This document shows, in pieces, positions 19,691 to 29,014 of a stretch of DNA of 64,000 bases. The position numbers and the translations under genes were made by a program. Positions within the stretch are counted from its first letter, which is position 1, and every line of letters starts with the position of its first letter. Below the pieces are notes generated by a model that saw only the letters and a program-made list of their open reading frames with translations, did no database searches and was not told the origin of the DNA. The stretch is from an uncultured Candidatus Saccharibacteria bacterium (lineage in GTDB: Bacteria > Patescibacteriota > Minisyncoccia > Phycocordibacterales > CALRHW01): positions 164,273 through 228,272 of the forward strand of contig CAYOUG010000001.1 in NCBI GenBank assembly GCA_964407105.1, written 5' to 3'.

Positions 19691-21238
19691 ATGGGTTTTT
19701 CAAAAATTCACAGCGCACAAGTTTCATTACTTCAACCACACATCATAGATATAGAGGTCGATATATCAAACGGATTACATTCATTTACTATCGTTGGTTT
19801 GCCAAGCAAAGCTGTAGAAGAATCCAAAGATCGTGTTTCCGCTGCTATTAAAAATTCAGGGCTCACATCGCCCAAACAAAAAAATCAAAAAGTTGTTATA
19901 TCACTTGCACCAGCAGATTTAAAAAAGGACGGGCCGGTTTTTGATCTGCCTATAGCACTCGCTTATCTTTTGGCATCTGGAGATGTGTCTTTTGATCCTG
20001 CGCAAAAAATATTTTTAGGTGAACTTTCACTCGACGGGGAACTGCGTTCGATGCGCGGTGTTTTACCACTTGTGCAAGAAGCAGAACGTTGTGGATTTAC
20101 AAAAATTTATGTACCGAAAGAAAACGCAAAAGAAGCGGCGATTATAAACAACGTCACAGTATTTGGTGTAAATTCTTTTTCTGATTTACTCGCACACCTT
20201 GATCCTAAATATGTGTGTGAGAAAAAAATAACAACATTAACACCGCAACCCAAAACACAAATTCAACATACACAAAAAATAAATTCTCAAACATTTGCAG
20301 ATATACGTGGACAAGATGGAGCGAAGCGCGGACTTGAAATTGCGGCGGCAGGAGGACACAGTATTGCAATGAGTGGACCACCTGGTACCGGCAAAACAAT
20401 GTTGGCCAACGCATTTTGCGAACTTCTACCACCACTTTCATTTGATGAAATTCTTGAAGTTACTTCTATACATTCGGTGGCTGGTAAACTCGAAAATACA
20501 CTCATAACACACCCACCTTTTCGAGCGCCACATCACAGTGCTTCTCATAGCGCACTTGTGGGTGGAGGAGGAATTCCAAAACCCGGAGAAATAACTCTCG
20601 CACACCGTGGTGTTTTATTTCTTGATGAATTTCCAGAATTCGATCGACAAGTTATAGATTCGTTACGTCAACCACTTGAAAATAAAAAAATTAATATCTC
20701 CAGAGCAAAAGGTTCAGCCCTTTTTCCTGCAGATTTTATTTTGATTGCTGCAATGAATCCGTGCCCATGTGGATTTCGTGGTGTGAAAGGCCGAGAATGT
20801 GTATGCTCGGCTGTAAATATAAATTCATATCGTCGCAAAATTTCTGGACCAATTATTGATCGTATTGATTTGTGGGTAAATGTAGAAAAAATTGAATATA
20901 AAAACTTCGGTGAAAAAAACACACAAGAAAACACAAATATTATTAAAGAAAAAATTGAAAATGCGCGAAAAATACAGAAAAAAAGATTCGAAAAACATCA
21001 AATTAATATCAAAACAAATGCAGAACTCGGGAGTGAGAAATTAATAAGTATCACGCCACTATCTTCTGACGTACAACAGCTTTTAAACACATCAGCAAAA
21101 AAACTTGATCTTTCTGCGCGCGCATATCATCGAGTTTGGAAAGTAGCGCGCACCATTGCCGATCTCGCAAACCACGAAAATATAGAAACACCCGACATGC
21201 TCGAAGCCTTGCAATATAGATCGAAAAATATTTTCTAA
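19691..21238 (+). CDS. comM: YifB/ComM Mg-chelatase-family AAA+ ATPase
   Basis: N-terminal Lon-like domain; Walker A GPPGTGKTM; Walker B/arginine-finger region FLDEFPEF; C-terminal helical domain. Confidence 0.85.
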   Translation: MGFSKIHSAQVSLLQPHIIDIEVDISNGLHSFTIVGLPSKAVEESKDRVSAAIKNSGLTSPKQKNQKVVISLAPADLKKDGPVFDLPIALAYLLASGDVSFDPAQKIFLGELSLDGELRSMRGVLPLVQEAERCGFTKIYVPKENAKEAAIINNVTVFGVNSFSDLLAHLDPKYVCEKKITTLTPQPKTQIQHTQKINSQTFADIRGQDGAKRGLEIAAAGGHSIAMSGPPGTGKTMLANAFCELLPPLSFDEILEVTSIHSVAGKLENTLITHPPFRAPHHSASHSALVGGGGIPKPGEITLAHRGVLFLDEFPEFDRQVIDSLRQPLENKKINISRAKGSALFPADFILIAAMNPCPCGFRGVKGRECVCSAVNINSYRRKISGPIIDRIDLWVNVEKIEYKNFGEKNTQENTNIIKEKIENARKIQKKRFEKHQINIKTNAELGSEKLISITPLSSDVQQLLNTSAKKLDLSARAYHRVWKVARTIADLANHENIETPDMLEALQYRSKNIF

Positions 21239-22314
21239 AATGGATTCTTTGCTCCTCTAATTTCAAAATGTACGTGTGGACCAGTAGATTTTCCGCTTGA
21301 TCCAACATTTCCAATAACCTGACCCTGAACAACTCTTGTGCCCACAGAAACAATAATATTAGACATGTGCGCATAAAGTGTTTGTGTGCCATTATCATGA
21401 GCGATTACAACATACATTCCATAACCTCCATTCCATCCAGAACTCTTACTGATAATCACGGTGCCTCCAGCAGAAGCTAGAAGTGGTGTACCTATTGGAG
21501 CGCCAATATCAATTCCGTTGTATCCATGAATTCCTTGTGTTTTTGTTCCACCAACAACGGGTCGAATATAATATCCTGCTGGTACAGCACGTATTGGGAG
21601 GGGATTTTTGGGTGCACCAAAAGATTTTGATGGTACGGTTCTTGAATAAACACTGTCTTTCGAAGAGGGTTGTGTGGAAACTGGAGTCAATTCTCCGTCC
21701 GGTACAATAACAACATCTCCCACAGCAAGTTTTGCGCCAATAGATAAGTCATTAAATTGACGAATTTCTTCTGCATTACTTTTATACTTTTTTGCAATAG
21801 TCTCAACGGTATCTCCAGATTTTACTATGTGTTGTACGCCAGTAATAGGGAGAATAACAAGGGTTTGACCCTCTGAAATTGTTCCTCCAGAAAGATTGTT
21901 ACCCCAAAGAATGGTGTTTACAGAAACATTAAACATTTTAGCGATCTGTGAAAGAGAATCGCCTTTTCGCACAACATACAAACTAATTTGTCCAGCAGAA
22001 AGACTTGTGTCTTCACCAATACTTCCAACAGCATTAAGTTCTGGCATAATAGCGTTTTCATCCACGATGGTAACCTCGCCACCACCCACAGACATACTGA
22101 TATTTAGTGGTGCTTGAAGCAGGGGAATGTTCTGAGAATTGTGATCATTGACAGAAAATTCTTCTGTTGTCCCTCCAAACATCGCTGAAACAACATTAAA
22201 AAAACCAGCGTGAGCTACTGGAACATTGAGAAAAGAGAAAAAAGCTAAAAAAAGCGTTGTCATCGACAAACCCCTAATAACTGTTTTTATGGCTCCAAAT
22301 CTAGCTTTTTTCAC
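21235..22314 (-). CDS. LysM-domain M23 peptidoglycan endopeptidase
   Basis: Signal peptide; two LysM repeats; C-terminal HxxxD..HxH M23 motifs (GIDIGAPIGTP..HVHFEIR). Confidence 0.85.
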   Translation of the reverse strand: MKKARFGAIKTVIRGLSMTTLFLAFFSFLNVPVAHAGFFNVVSAMFGGTTEEFSVNDHNSQNIPLLQAPLNISMSVGGGEVTIVDENAIMPELNAVGSIGEDTSLSAGQISLYVVRKGDSLSQIAKMFNVSVNTILWGNNLSGGTISEGQTLVILPITGVQHIVKSGDTVETIAKKYKSNAEEIRQFNDLSIGAKLAVGDVVIVPDGELTPVSTQPSSKDSVYSRTVPSKSFGAPKNPLPIRAVPAGYYIRPVVGGTKTQGIHGYNGIDIGAPIGTPLLASAGGTVIISKSSGWNGGYGMYVVIAHDNGTQTLYAHMSNIIVSVGTRVVQGQVIGNVGSSGKSTGPHVHFEIRGAKNPF

Positions 22315-22537
22315 AGCGCCCCCAACACAGCAAGATGTGGATTTATTGAACTGAGTTAAAATAAGCCTAAGATTAATGATAATTTCGTCCTGAATCGGTA
22401 AATGTGGCTTTGTTGAGCCACATTATAATATCGGGCGATCTTTCTGGGTATCTTTTTATTATACAAAGTGAACATCTCTCGTCAATCATTTCACGCACCT
22501 CTGTGGATATTGTGCTCTGTGATATAGTTTATTTCTA

Positions 22538-24511
22538 ATGTCACAAAATACGGAAAAAAATTATCTTGACGCACTAAATCCAGCACAAAAAGAAGCGGTG
22601 ATCGCAACAGAAGGTCCACTACTCATTGTAGCGGGGGCAGGGGCGGGAAAAACAAAAACGATTACACATCGAATTCTTCATCTCATTAAAAAAGGTGTGC
22701 CTCCACAAGAAATTTTGGCAATTACTTTTACAAACAAAGCGGCCAGAGAAATGAAAGATCGTGTTCTACATTTTGTAACCAACGATAAAGAAACACGCGA
22801 CACAATCACTCGTTTTGGAATGCCTTTTGTTAGCACATTTCATTCACTTGGCGTGTTTATTTTAAAAGAACACGGTCATCACCTTGGACTTTCAAAATAT
22901 TTCACGATTTGCGACAAAAATGATAGTAAAAGAATTATTAAAGAAGCAATGACTGAATCTGGTTATGATCCAAAACAATTTGATCCAGCAAAAGTAATGG
23001 GGGCTATTTCTAGAGCAAAAGGAGAGGGAATGACTGTAAGTGTTTATCAAGAAAAAGTTTCAAATCAGTATTTTGAAAGTGTTGTGCTTGCTATTTGGAA
23101 ACGTTACGAAACAATTCTTTCAAAAGAGAGCGCCCTTGATTTTGATGATCTTCTTTTAAAAACCTTGGTGCTTTTAGAAAAATTTGAAAGTGTACGCACC
23201 GTATGTCAAAATCGATGGAAATATATCCATATTGATGAATACCAAGACACGAACAAAGTACAAGACAGAATAGCAGAAATTATTTCTTCAACACATCGCA
23301 ATATTTGTGTAGTAGGAGACACAGACCAAAACATCTATAGCTGGCGTGGAGCAAATATTCAAAACATGCTCACTTTTGAAAAAAAATATCCTGATGTAAA
23401 AATTGTTCGTCTAGAAGAAAATTATCGATCAAGCAAAACCATTTTGGGTGTTGCAAACAACGTTATCATAAAAAACAAATATCGCATTGAGAAAAATCTT
23501 TTTACCAACAACCCAGTAGGAGAAAAAATAGGTCTTATTGATAATTATGATGAAAACCAAGAAGCATATACTGTGGCGGGAAAAATTCGAGATCTCATTA
23601 CTAGTGGTGTGTCTCCAGAAGAAATTGCAGTACTTTATCGTGCCAACTTTCAATCGCGCATTCTAGAAGAAGCCTGCGTGTCACTTTCAGTACCTTACCA
23701 AATGATTGGTGTGCGTTTTTTTGAAAGAAAAGAAATAAAAGATACTCTTTCATATATTCGTGCATCACTAAACCCAAACAGTGTTTCAGACATTAAACGG
23801 ATCATAAACGTACCAGCGAGAGGAATTGGAAAAGTAACTATCGACAAAGTATTAGAGAAAAAAGAAAACGAGCTATCTGCTGGAGCACAAATAAAAGTAA
23901 CCAATTTCCGAAATATTTTGTCACACATAAAAGAAGAATCAAAAAAATTAACACCATCCTTACTCATTAAATATACAATCAAAATTTCCGGCATCGAAGC
24001 TGAGTTAGAAAAAGGTAAAAGTGAAGAAGATACCGAACGGCTTGAAAATATAAAAGAACTTGTAACACTAGCACTTTCTTATGACGGATACGGCGCAGAA
24101 GAGGGAATAGACAGACTTCTCACTGACGTAGCGCTTGCAACAGATGAAGAGGGTGATGAAAAAAAAGAGCCCGCAATAAGACTTATGACAGTACACGCCG
24201 CAAAGGGTCTTGAATTTGATTATGTGTTTATCACCGGACTTGAAGAAAATCTTTTTCCACACCAACGTAGAGAAGCTGGCGGAAAAGCAGAAGACAATGA
24301 AGAAGAGCGTAGGCTTTTTTATGTAGCTGTCACTCGTGCACGTAAAAAACTTTTTCTTTCGTATGCACAAACGCGCACTATTTTCGGCTCCAGACAAGTC
24401 AACGTCCCCTCAGAATTTCTTTTTGATGTAGAAGAAGATCAGGTCGACAGAGAATCTGGTACTACCGCAGACATGCCTAGCCGAAAACCACTCTTTAAGA
24501 TAGATTTCTAG
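22538..24511 (+). CDS. pcrA: UvrD/PcrA-family DNA helicase
   Basis: GAGAGKT Walker A, TFTNKAAREM motif Ia, DEYQDTN motif II and the remaining SF1 helicase motifs. Confidence 0.9.
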   Translation: MSQNTEKNYLDALNPAQKEAVIATEGPLLIVAGAGAGKTKTITHRILHLIKKGVPPQEILAITFTNKAAREMKDRVLHFVTNDKETRDTITRFGMPFVSTFHSLGVFILKEHGHHLGLSKYFTICDKNDSKRIIKEAMTESGYDPKQFDPAKVMGAISRAKGEGMTVSVYQEKVSNQYFESVVLAIWKRYETILSKESALDFDDLLLKTLVLLEKFESVRTVCQNRWKYIHIDEYQDTNKVQDRIAEIISSTHRNICVVGDTDQNIYSWRGANIQNMLTFEKKYPDVKIVRLEENYRSSKTILGVANNVIIKNKYRIEKNLFTNNPVGEKIGLIDNYDENQEAYTVAGKIRDLITSGVSPEEIAVLYRANFQSRILEEACVSLSVPYQMIGVRFFERKEIKDTLSYIRASLNPNSVSDIKRIINVPARGIGKVTIDKVLEKKENELSAGAQIKVTNFRNILSHIKEESKKLTPSLLIKYTIKISGIEAELEKGKSEEDTERLENIKELVTLALSYDGYGAEEGIDRLLTDVALATDEEGDEKKEPAIRLMTVHAAKGLEFDYVFITGLEENLFPHQRREAGGKAEDNEEERRLFYVAVTRARKKLFLSYAQTRTIFGSRQVNVPSEFLFDVEEDQVDRESGTTADMPSRKPLFKIDF

Positions 24512-24512
24512 T

Positions 24513-25370
24513 ATGAAAGCTAAAAAATCACTCGGACAAAATTTTTTAAAATCAAAACACGCACTACGTGTGATTGTTGAATCTGCAAATATTGCGCCCA
24601 CTGATACCGTGCTTGAAATAGGGCCGGGAAAGGGGGCGCTTACCGCCGGACTTTTAGAAAAAGCGGGACACGTCATAGCGATAGAAAAAGACGATGAACT
24701 TGTGCCTTTTTTGCAAGAAATGTTTGCCGCAGATATTGCGACAAAAAAACTTACACTTATTCATGGAGATATTATGGAAATGACGATTGAGGAAATTTTT
24801 GCACAAGCACGAAATGCTGGCGCAAGCGATGTAACGGCAGAATCATACAAACTCGTTGCAAATATTCCATACTATATTACAGGTGCACTCATTCGAATGT
24901 TTTTGGAGACGGCGCGCCAGCCACGCCTCATGGTGCTCATGCTCCAAAAAGAGGTGGCGCGCCGCATCACCGCAACCGACAAAAAAGAAAGCTTACTCTC
25001 ACTTTCAGTAAAAGCATACGGCACACCTAAATATATAGAGACCGTCAAAGCAATGTTTTTTTCACCACGCCCAAACGTAGACTCCGCAATTTTACTTATT
25101 AAAGATATTTCAAAAGCATTTTTCAAACGGGACACAGATACAAAAGAAACATCTGGCATCCAACCAACCACACACGCCGAAGAAACTTTTTTCAAAATTA
25201 TCAAAGCCGGCTTTGCACACAAAAGAAAACTTTTGGTGCGCAATCTTGAAAGCGATTTTTCAAAAGAAAAAATTTCTACAACTTTTGCTTCGTGCAACCT
25301 TTCTCTAAAGGCGCGTCCAGAAGATCTTTCTCTTGATCAGTGGAAGTGTGTAACAACACAAATAAAATAA
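24513..25370 (+). CDS. rsmA: 16S rRNA (adenine1518/1519-N6)-dimethyltransferase
   Basis: SLGQNFL start and GPGKGALT SAM motif. Confidence 0.9.
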   Translation: MKAKKSLGQNFLKSKHALRVIVESANIAPTDTVLEIGPGKGALTAGLLEKAGHVIAIEKDDELVPFLQEMFAADIATKKLTLIHGDIMEMTIEEIFAQARNAGASDVTAESYKLVANIPYYITGALIRMFLETARQPRLMVLMLQKEVARRITATDKKESLLSLSVKAYGTPKYIETVKAMFFSPRPNVDSAILLIKDISKAFFKRDTDTKETSGIQPTTHAEETFFKIIKAGFAHKRKLLVRNLESDFSKEKISTTFASCNLSLKARPEDLSLDQWKCVTTQIK

Positions 25371-25396
25371 AACAAAAAACTTTTATATCTTTCTTC

Positions 25397-25459
25397 GGGT
25401 ACGGATTTTTTGAAGCTTAAAAAATCCTGAAGCTCTCGCACCGTCGCGCTCGAGACCCC
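25397..25459 (-). repeat. family A element copy A4 (reverse orientation)
   Basis: Reverse complement is a 63-bp core with one mismatch to A1; within a local inverted repeat (AAAACTTTTATATCTTTC / GAAAGATATAAAAGTTTT) between convergent rsmA and the 25506 gene. Confidence 0.85.
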
Positions 25460-25505
25460 CTACGAAAGATATAAAAGTTTTTTATTTTATTTTTTTGTTT
25501 AAACT

Positions 25506-25859
25506 CTATGACGTACCCACTATTGTCATAATACCTTGTGCTGGCCACTGATCTAAACATTCACCCTCATCCCACGTACCGCAAGATGTTGGTACTCCAG
25601 AATGAAGCCCCAAAACCCAATTTCCGGGAGTAAAAATATTTCCATTCGCAAAAAGTGTAGATAATCCTGGAAAAAACAAAAATGCACCACCAACCGGAGG
25701 AGAAACCTGAATCCACAACGCACCAGGACACGTGCATACTCGCACATAAGTAATCATTCCACCAAATGGCAAAAAAGCTTCCGCTTTTTTATACACAAAC
25801 ATACTACTACTCAAAATAACCAAAACGAAAACCATAAAAGCTAAAATTTTTCTCTTCAT
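25506..25859 (-). CDS. small secreted hypothetical protein
   Basis: Signal anchor MKRKILAFMVFVLVIL; Cys-containing mature part. Confidence 0.4.
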   Translation of the reverse strand: MKRKILAFMVFVLVILSSSMFVYKKAEAFLPFGGMITYVRVCTCPGALWIQVSPPVGGAFLFFPGLSTLFANGNIFTPGNWVLGLHSGVPTSCGTWDEGECLDQWPAQGIMTIVGTS

Positions 25860-25860
25860 A

Positions 25861-26949
25861 TTAGATGACGTTAAGTATAGCAGGTGAATTTTTATCACTC
25901 ACACCATTGATGTTAACAACATAAATAAAGATTTTTAATCCACTCACACCATTACCACCATTATCTTTAAAAATATCACCCAGATTTGGAAGGTTCGATG
26001 GGGCTTCTAAAGTAAAAGTGAGGGTTTTTCCATCAGAAGAAGAAAGATTTGAAAAATTACCAAAAGAAGTATGAACACTATTTCCTGTTGGTGTAAAATT
26101 TTCACCTAAAATAGTAATTTGAGAACCGATAGACGCAGAGATAGGGGAGATAGAAATAATCTTTGGAACAAAACCGCTATTGGCCGTAACTACAAAATAT
26201 GAGTTACTTTCACTTTTTCCTTTTGAATTACTTACCTCAATATCATAAATACCAACCGGAATTGTTTGTGGAATTGTAAAAACAATGTTGTTTGCATTTA
26301 CTGAAGAAACGTTGCTCACAATATGTGGTCCAAAATGGATACTATTGCCTGTCGACAAAAATCCCGTACCAGTAAGAGAAAGGGTACTGCCATAACCTCC
26401 ACTGTTTGCAGACATAAATGCAAGCTGAACTTTTGAATTATCTGCTTCTGTAAACAAACTAAATAAATCAAATTGATTTAAGCTTTGTGTGGGTTGTGTT
26501 GGTTGTGTAGATTCCTGAACCGGCAAAACATTTTCGTAAGCTGTTCCGGATTGTGCTGGTGCAGTTTTTGGAAAACCATCATTTGTGCTTATTGAAGAGG
26601 GTGAATTAAGCACTGCGCGAGTCGATGGTCCAACAAAACCGGTACCAACACCCAAACCAAGGGGGGTTAAAATTTGATCTGCATGTTCATTTTGAAAAGC
26701 AATTACAGCCTGTTTTGTGGCTGGACCAAAATACATTGTTTCATTACCCAAAGAACCCGAACCGCTTTGCGCTACAACAGTTTTTTCATTTGTGTTTAAT
26801 GTTTTTTGAAGCTCCAAAACATCAGGGCCCACATCTCCAAAAGATAAATTACGAACAAAAGTATAAGCAAAAGATGTTTTTGGTAAAAACGAAAACACAG
26901 AAAAAATAAAAATGAGTGTGTAAACAGAAATACAAAAATATCGATACAT
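25861..26949 (-). CDS. secreted protein with a peptidoglycan-binding (PG_binding_1-like) domain and IPT/TIG-like repeats
   Basis: Signal peptide; FGDVGPDVLELQKTLN..YFGPATKQAVIAFQ matches the PG-binding pattern; two Ig-like repeats with GTGF..GNS.HFG. Confidence 0.55.
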   Translation of the reverse strand: MYRYFCISVYTLIFIFSVFSFLPKTSFAYTFVRNLSFGDVGPDVLELQKTLNTNEKTVVAQSGSGSLGNETMYFGPATKQAVIAFQNEHADQILTPLGLGVGTGFVGPSTRAVLNSPSSISTNDGFPKTAPAQSGTAYENVLPVQESTQPTQPTQSLNQFDLFSLFTEADNSKVQLAFMSANSGGYGSTLSLTGTGFLSTGNSIHFGPHIVSNVSSVNANNIVFTIPQTIPVGIYDIEVSNSKGKSESNSYFVVTANSGFVPKIISISPISASIGSQITILGENFTPTGNSVHTSFGNFSNLSSSDGKTLTFTLEAPSNLPNLGDIFKDNGGNGVSGLKIFIYVVNINGVSDKNSPAILNVI

Positions 26950-27039
26950 ACAGACATTGTACGGCAAAAAATACGCCTTCACAATCAATACATTTCGGTC
27001 ACACAATCTGATATACTAAAGAAAATTTCCATTAAAATC

Positions 27040-28035
27040 ATGAAATTACCAAGCATTAAAATAATACTCGTTGCGATCACATGTGTTGCGGTAGTAAGTG
27101 CCATTTATGTTTTAATACAAAAAAATAATAAAACAGAAATAAATAGTGTAACCACAAACACACTTTCTCCAGAATTAGTAAGTTCAAGCGTAAAGGGTTC
27201 AGCTTACATCGACAGCGACAAAGACGGTTTGTACGATTGGGAAGAAATAATCTGGAAAACCGACCCGCTGAACCCAGATACAGATCAAGATGGCATTCTC
27301 GATGGGGAAGATGTAAAAAAAACACCATCATTTGATACCGCGACACAAAAACTTACAAAAACAGATGGTGTAAATGATATAAACACACAAACAGACTCAC
27401 CACAAAACCTAACCCTCACAGACAAAATCGCCCAAGCAGCATTTACACAGTACGCACTTTTAAAACAAAGTGGTAAAAAAATTACTGCAGATCAAGCGCA
27501 AGAAATTGCACACAACATTATTGCAAATCAACCGTTGGTGGAGGGCTTGAAAAAATTTACTGAATTAAATATTCCAAACAAAGTAGAAAATTCTTCGGAC
27601 AATATTTATACATACGGCAACGAGGTGTGGGATATTATGGTAAAAGACACGCCAAAAAATGTAAAACTTGAAAATGAATACACTATTCTACTTACCGCAC
27701 TTCAAAAAGAAGATGAGAAATATCTTGAAAAACTTGATCCAATTATTTTGGGTTATCAAAACACAATAAAAGATTTGCTTTCAATGAAGGTGCCCGCAGG
27801 CGCAGTTTCTGCTCATTTAAATTTTGTAAACAATATGAATGGCGTTCTTGCTTTCATTGAAGACATGCGCGCGTATTATAAAGATACTGCACGTGGTTTG
27901 GGTGCTGTAACGTACTATGGTGGGCAGGTGATAGAACTTCGTGCATCGCTTACACAATTAGTAGAATACTTTTCATCACAGGGTGTAGAATATGTGGAGG
28001 GCGAGAGTGGCTACCTACTAACGCATAGTATATAA
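27040..28035 (+). CDS. membrane-anchored protein with DxDxDG calcium-binding-like repeats
   Basis: N-terminal TM helix; DSDKDGLYDWEE and DPLNPDTDQDGILDGED thrombospondin-type-3-like motifs; first gene of a tight operon. Confidence 0.5.
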   Translation: MKLPSIKIILVAITCVAVVSAIYVLIQKNNKTEINSVTTNTLSPELVSSSVKGSAYIDSDKDGLYDWEEIIWKTDPLNPDTDQDGILDGEDVKKTPSFDTATQKLTKTDGVNDINTQTDSPQNLTLTDKIAQAAFTQYALLKQSGKKITADQAQEIAHNIIANQPLVEGLKKFTELNIPNKVENSSDNIYTYGNEVWDIMVKDTPKNVKLENEYTILLTALQKEDEKYLEKLDPIILGYQNTIKDLLSMKVPAGAVSAHLNFVNNMNGVLAFIEDMRAYYKDTARGLGAVTYYGGQVIELRASLTQLVEYFSSQGVEYVEGESGYLLTHSI

Positions 28036-28038
28036 TTA

Positions 28039-29013
28039 ATGGCAAAAGACATTACTGTGTCATCAATTTATTCTAAAAAATTATTTTTTACTGTTTTCTC
28101 TCTCGCTCTGTCTATCGGCTTTTTCATTCCTTTACATGTAAAGGCGCAAGTTGCTGTGCCTGTTGTTGAGCTTGTAGGATCTCCACTCCTAACCAATACG
28201 ATATTTATAATGGCAAGCACCGACGATATCGCTTGGAACACAGCGTATCTTGCTGCAAAAGAAACAGGAGTTGCAAAATATAAAAATATACCAATTACCG
28301 GAGTGCAAGTCGCTGCCGGAAGTACACTGAGCGCTGATTCAATTGCGACTACATTCCTCAAGCCACTCATCCGCAACATGACCAACTCGCTTGTACAATG
28401 GATAAACAGCGGTTTTCAAGGATCACCACTTTTTGTAAGCGATCCAGCAAAGTTTTTTATTGGTGTTGCAGATAGAATAGCGGGAAGTTTTATAGAGGGT
28501 TCAGATCTCGCATTTCTCTGTTCGCCTTTTTCTTTAAAAATAAGACTCGCGCTCAATTTAAATTATTCAGCACGTTTTCGTGATGAAATTGGTTGTACAC
28601 TTACAGATGTAGTAGAAAATATAGATAATTTTCAAAAAGATTTTACTCAGGGTGGATGGGATGCGTGGTTTAGCATGACACAAAATCCACAAAACAACGC
28701 ACAAGGTGCATATCTTTCTTCTCAAAGTCAGCTTGATATCCGTCTTGCAAGTGCGCTTGGTATAGAAGTGGCTCAGCTTGACTGGGGTCAAGGTTTTCTA
28801 TCTTTCAGAGACTGTGAAATTTATGATCAGACTGGAAAATGTATAAAATACGGCCCCACAAAAACACCCGGAACTGTTATCAATGGTCAGTTACAAGACG
28901 CACTAGGTACAGATCTTTCACAGCTCGAGCTTGCCGATGAATTTGATGAAATTGTAGCGGCGCTAGTAGGTCAGCTATTTAGCAAAATCCAACAGGGTTT
29001 GATCAACTCATAA
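28039..29013 (+). CDS. secreted hypothetical protein (operon member)
   Basis: Signal peptide ..IPLHVKAQVAV; start is 4 nt after the previous stop. Confidence 0.5.
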   Translation: MAKDITVSSIYSKKLFFTVFSLALSIGFFIPLHVKAQVAVPVVELVGSPLLTNTIFIMASTDDIAWNTAYLAAKETGVAKYKNIPITGVQVAAGSTLSADSIATTFLKPLIRNMTNSLVQWINSGFQGSPLFVSDPAKFFIGVADRIAGSFIEGSDLAFLCSPFSLKIRLALNLNYSARFRDEIGCTLTDVVENIDNFQKDFTQGGWDAWFSMTQNPQNNAQGAYLSSQSQLDIRLASALGIEVAQLDWGQGFLSFRDCEIYDQTGKCIKYGPTKTPGTVINGQLQDALGTDLSQLELADEFDEIVAALVGQLFSKIQQGLINS

Positions 29014-29014
29014 T

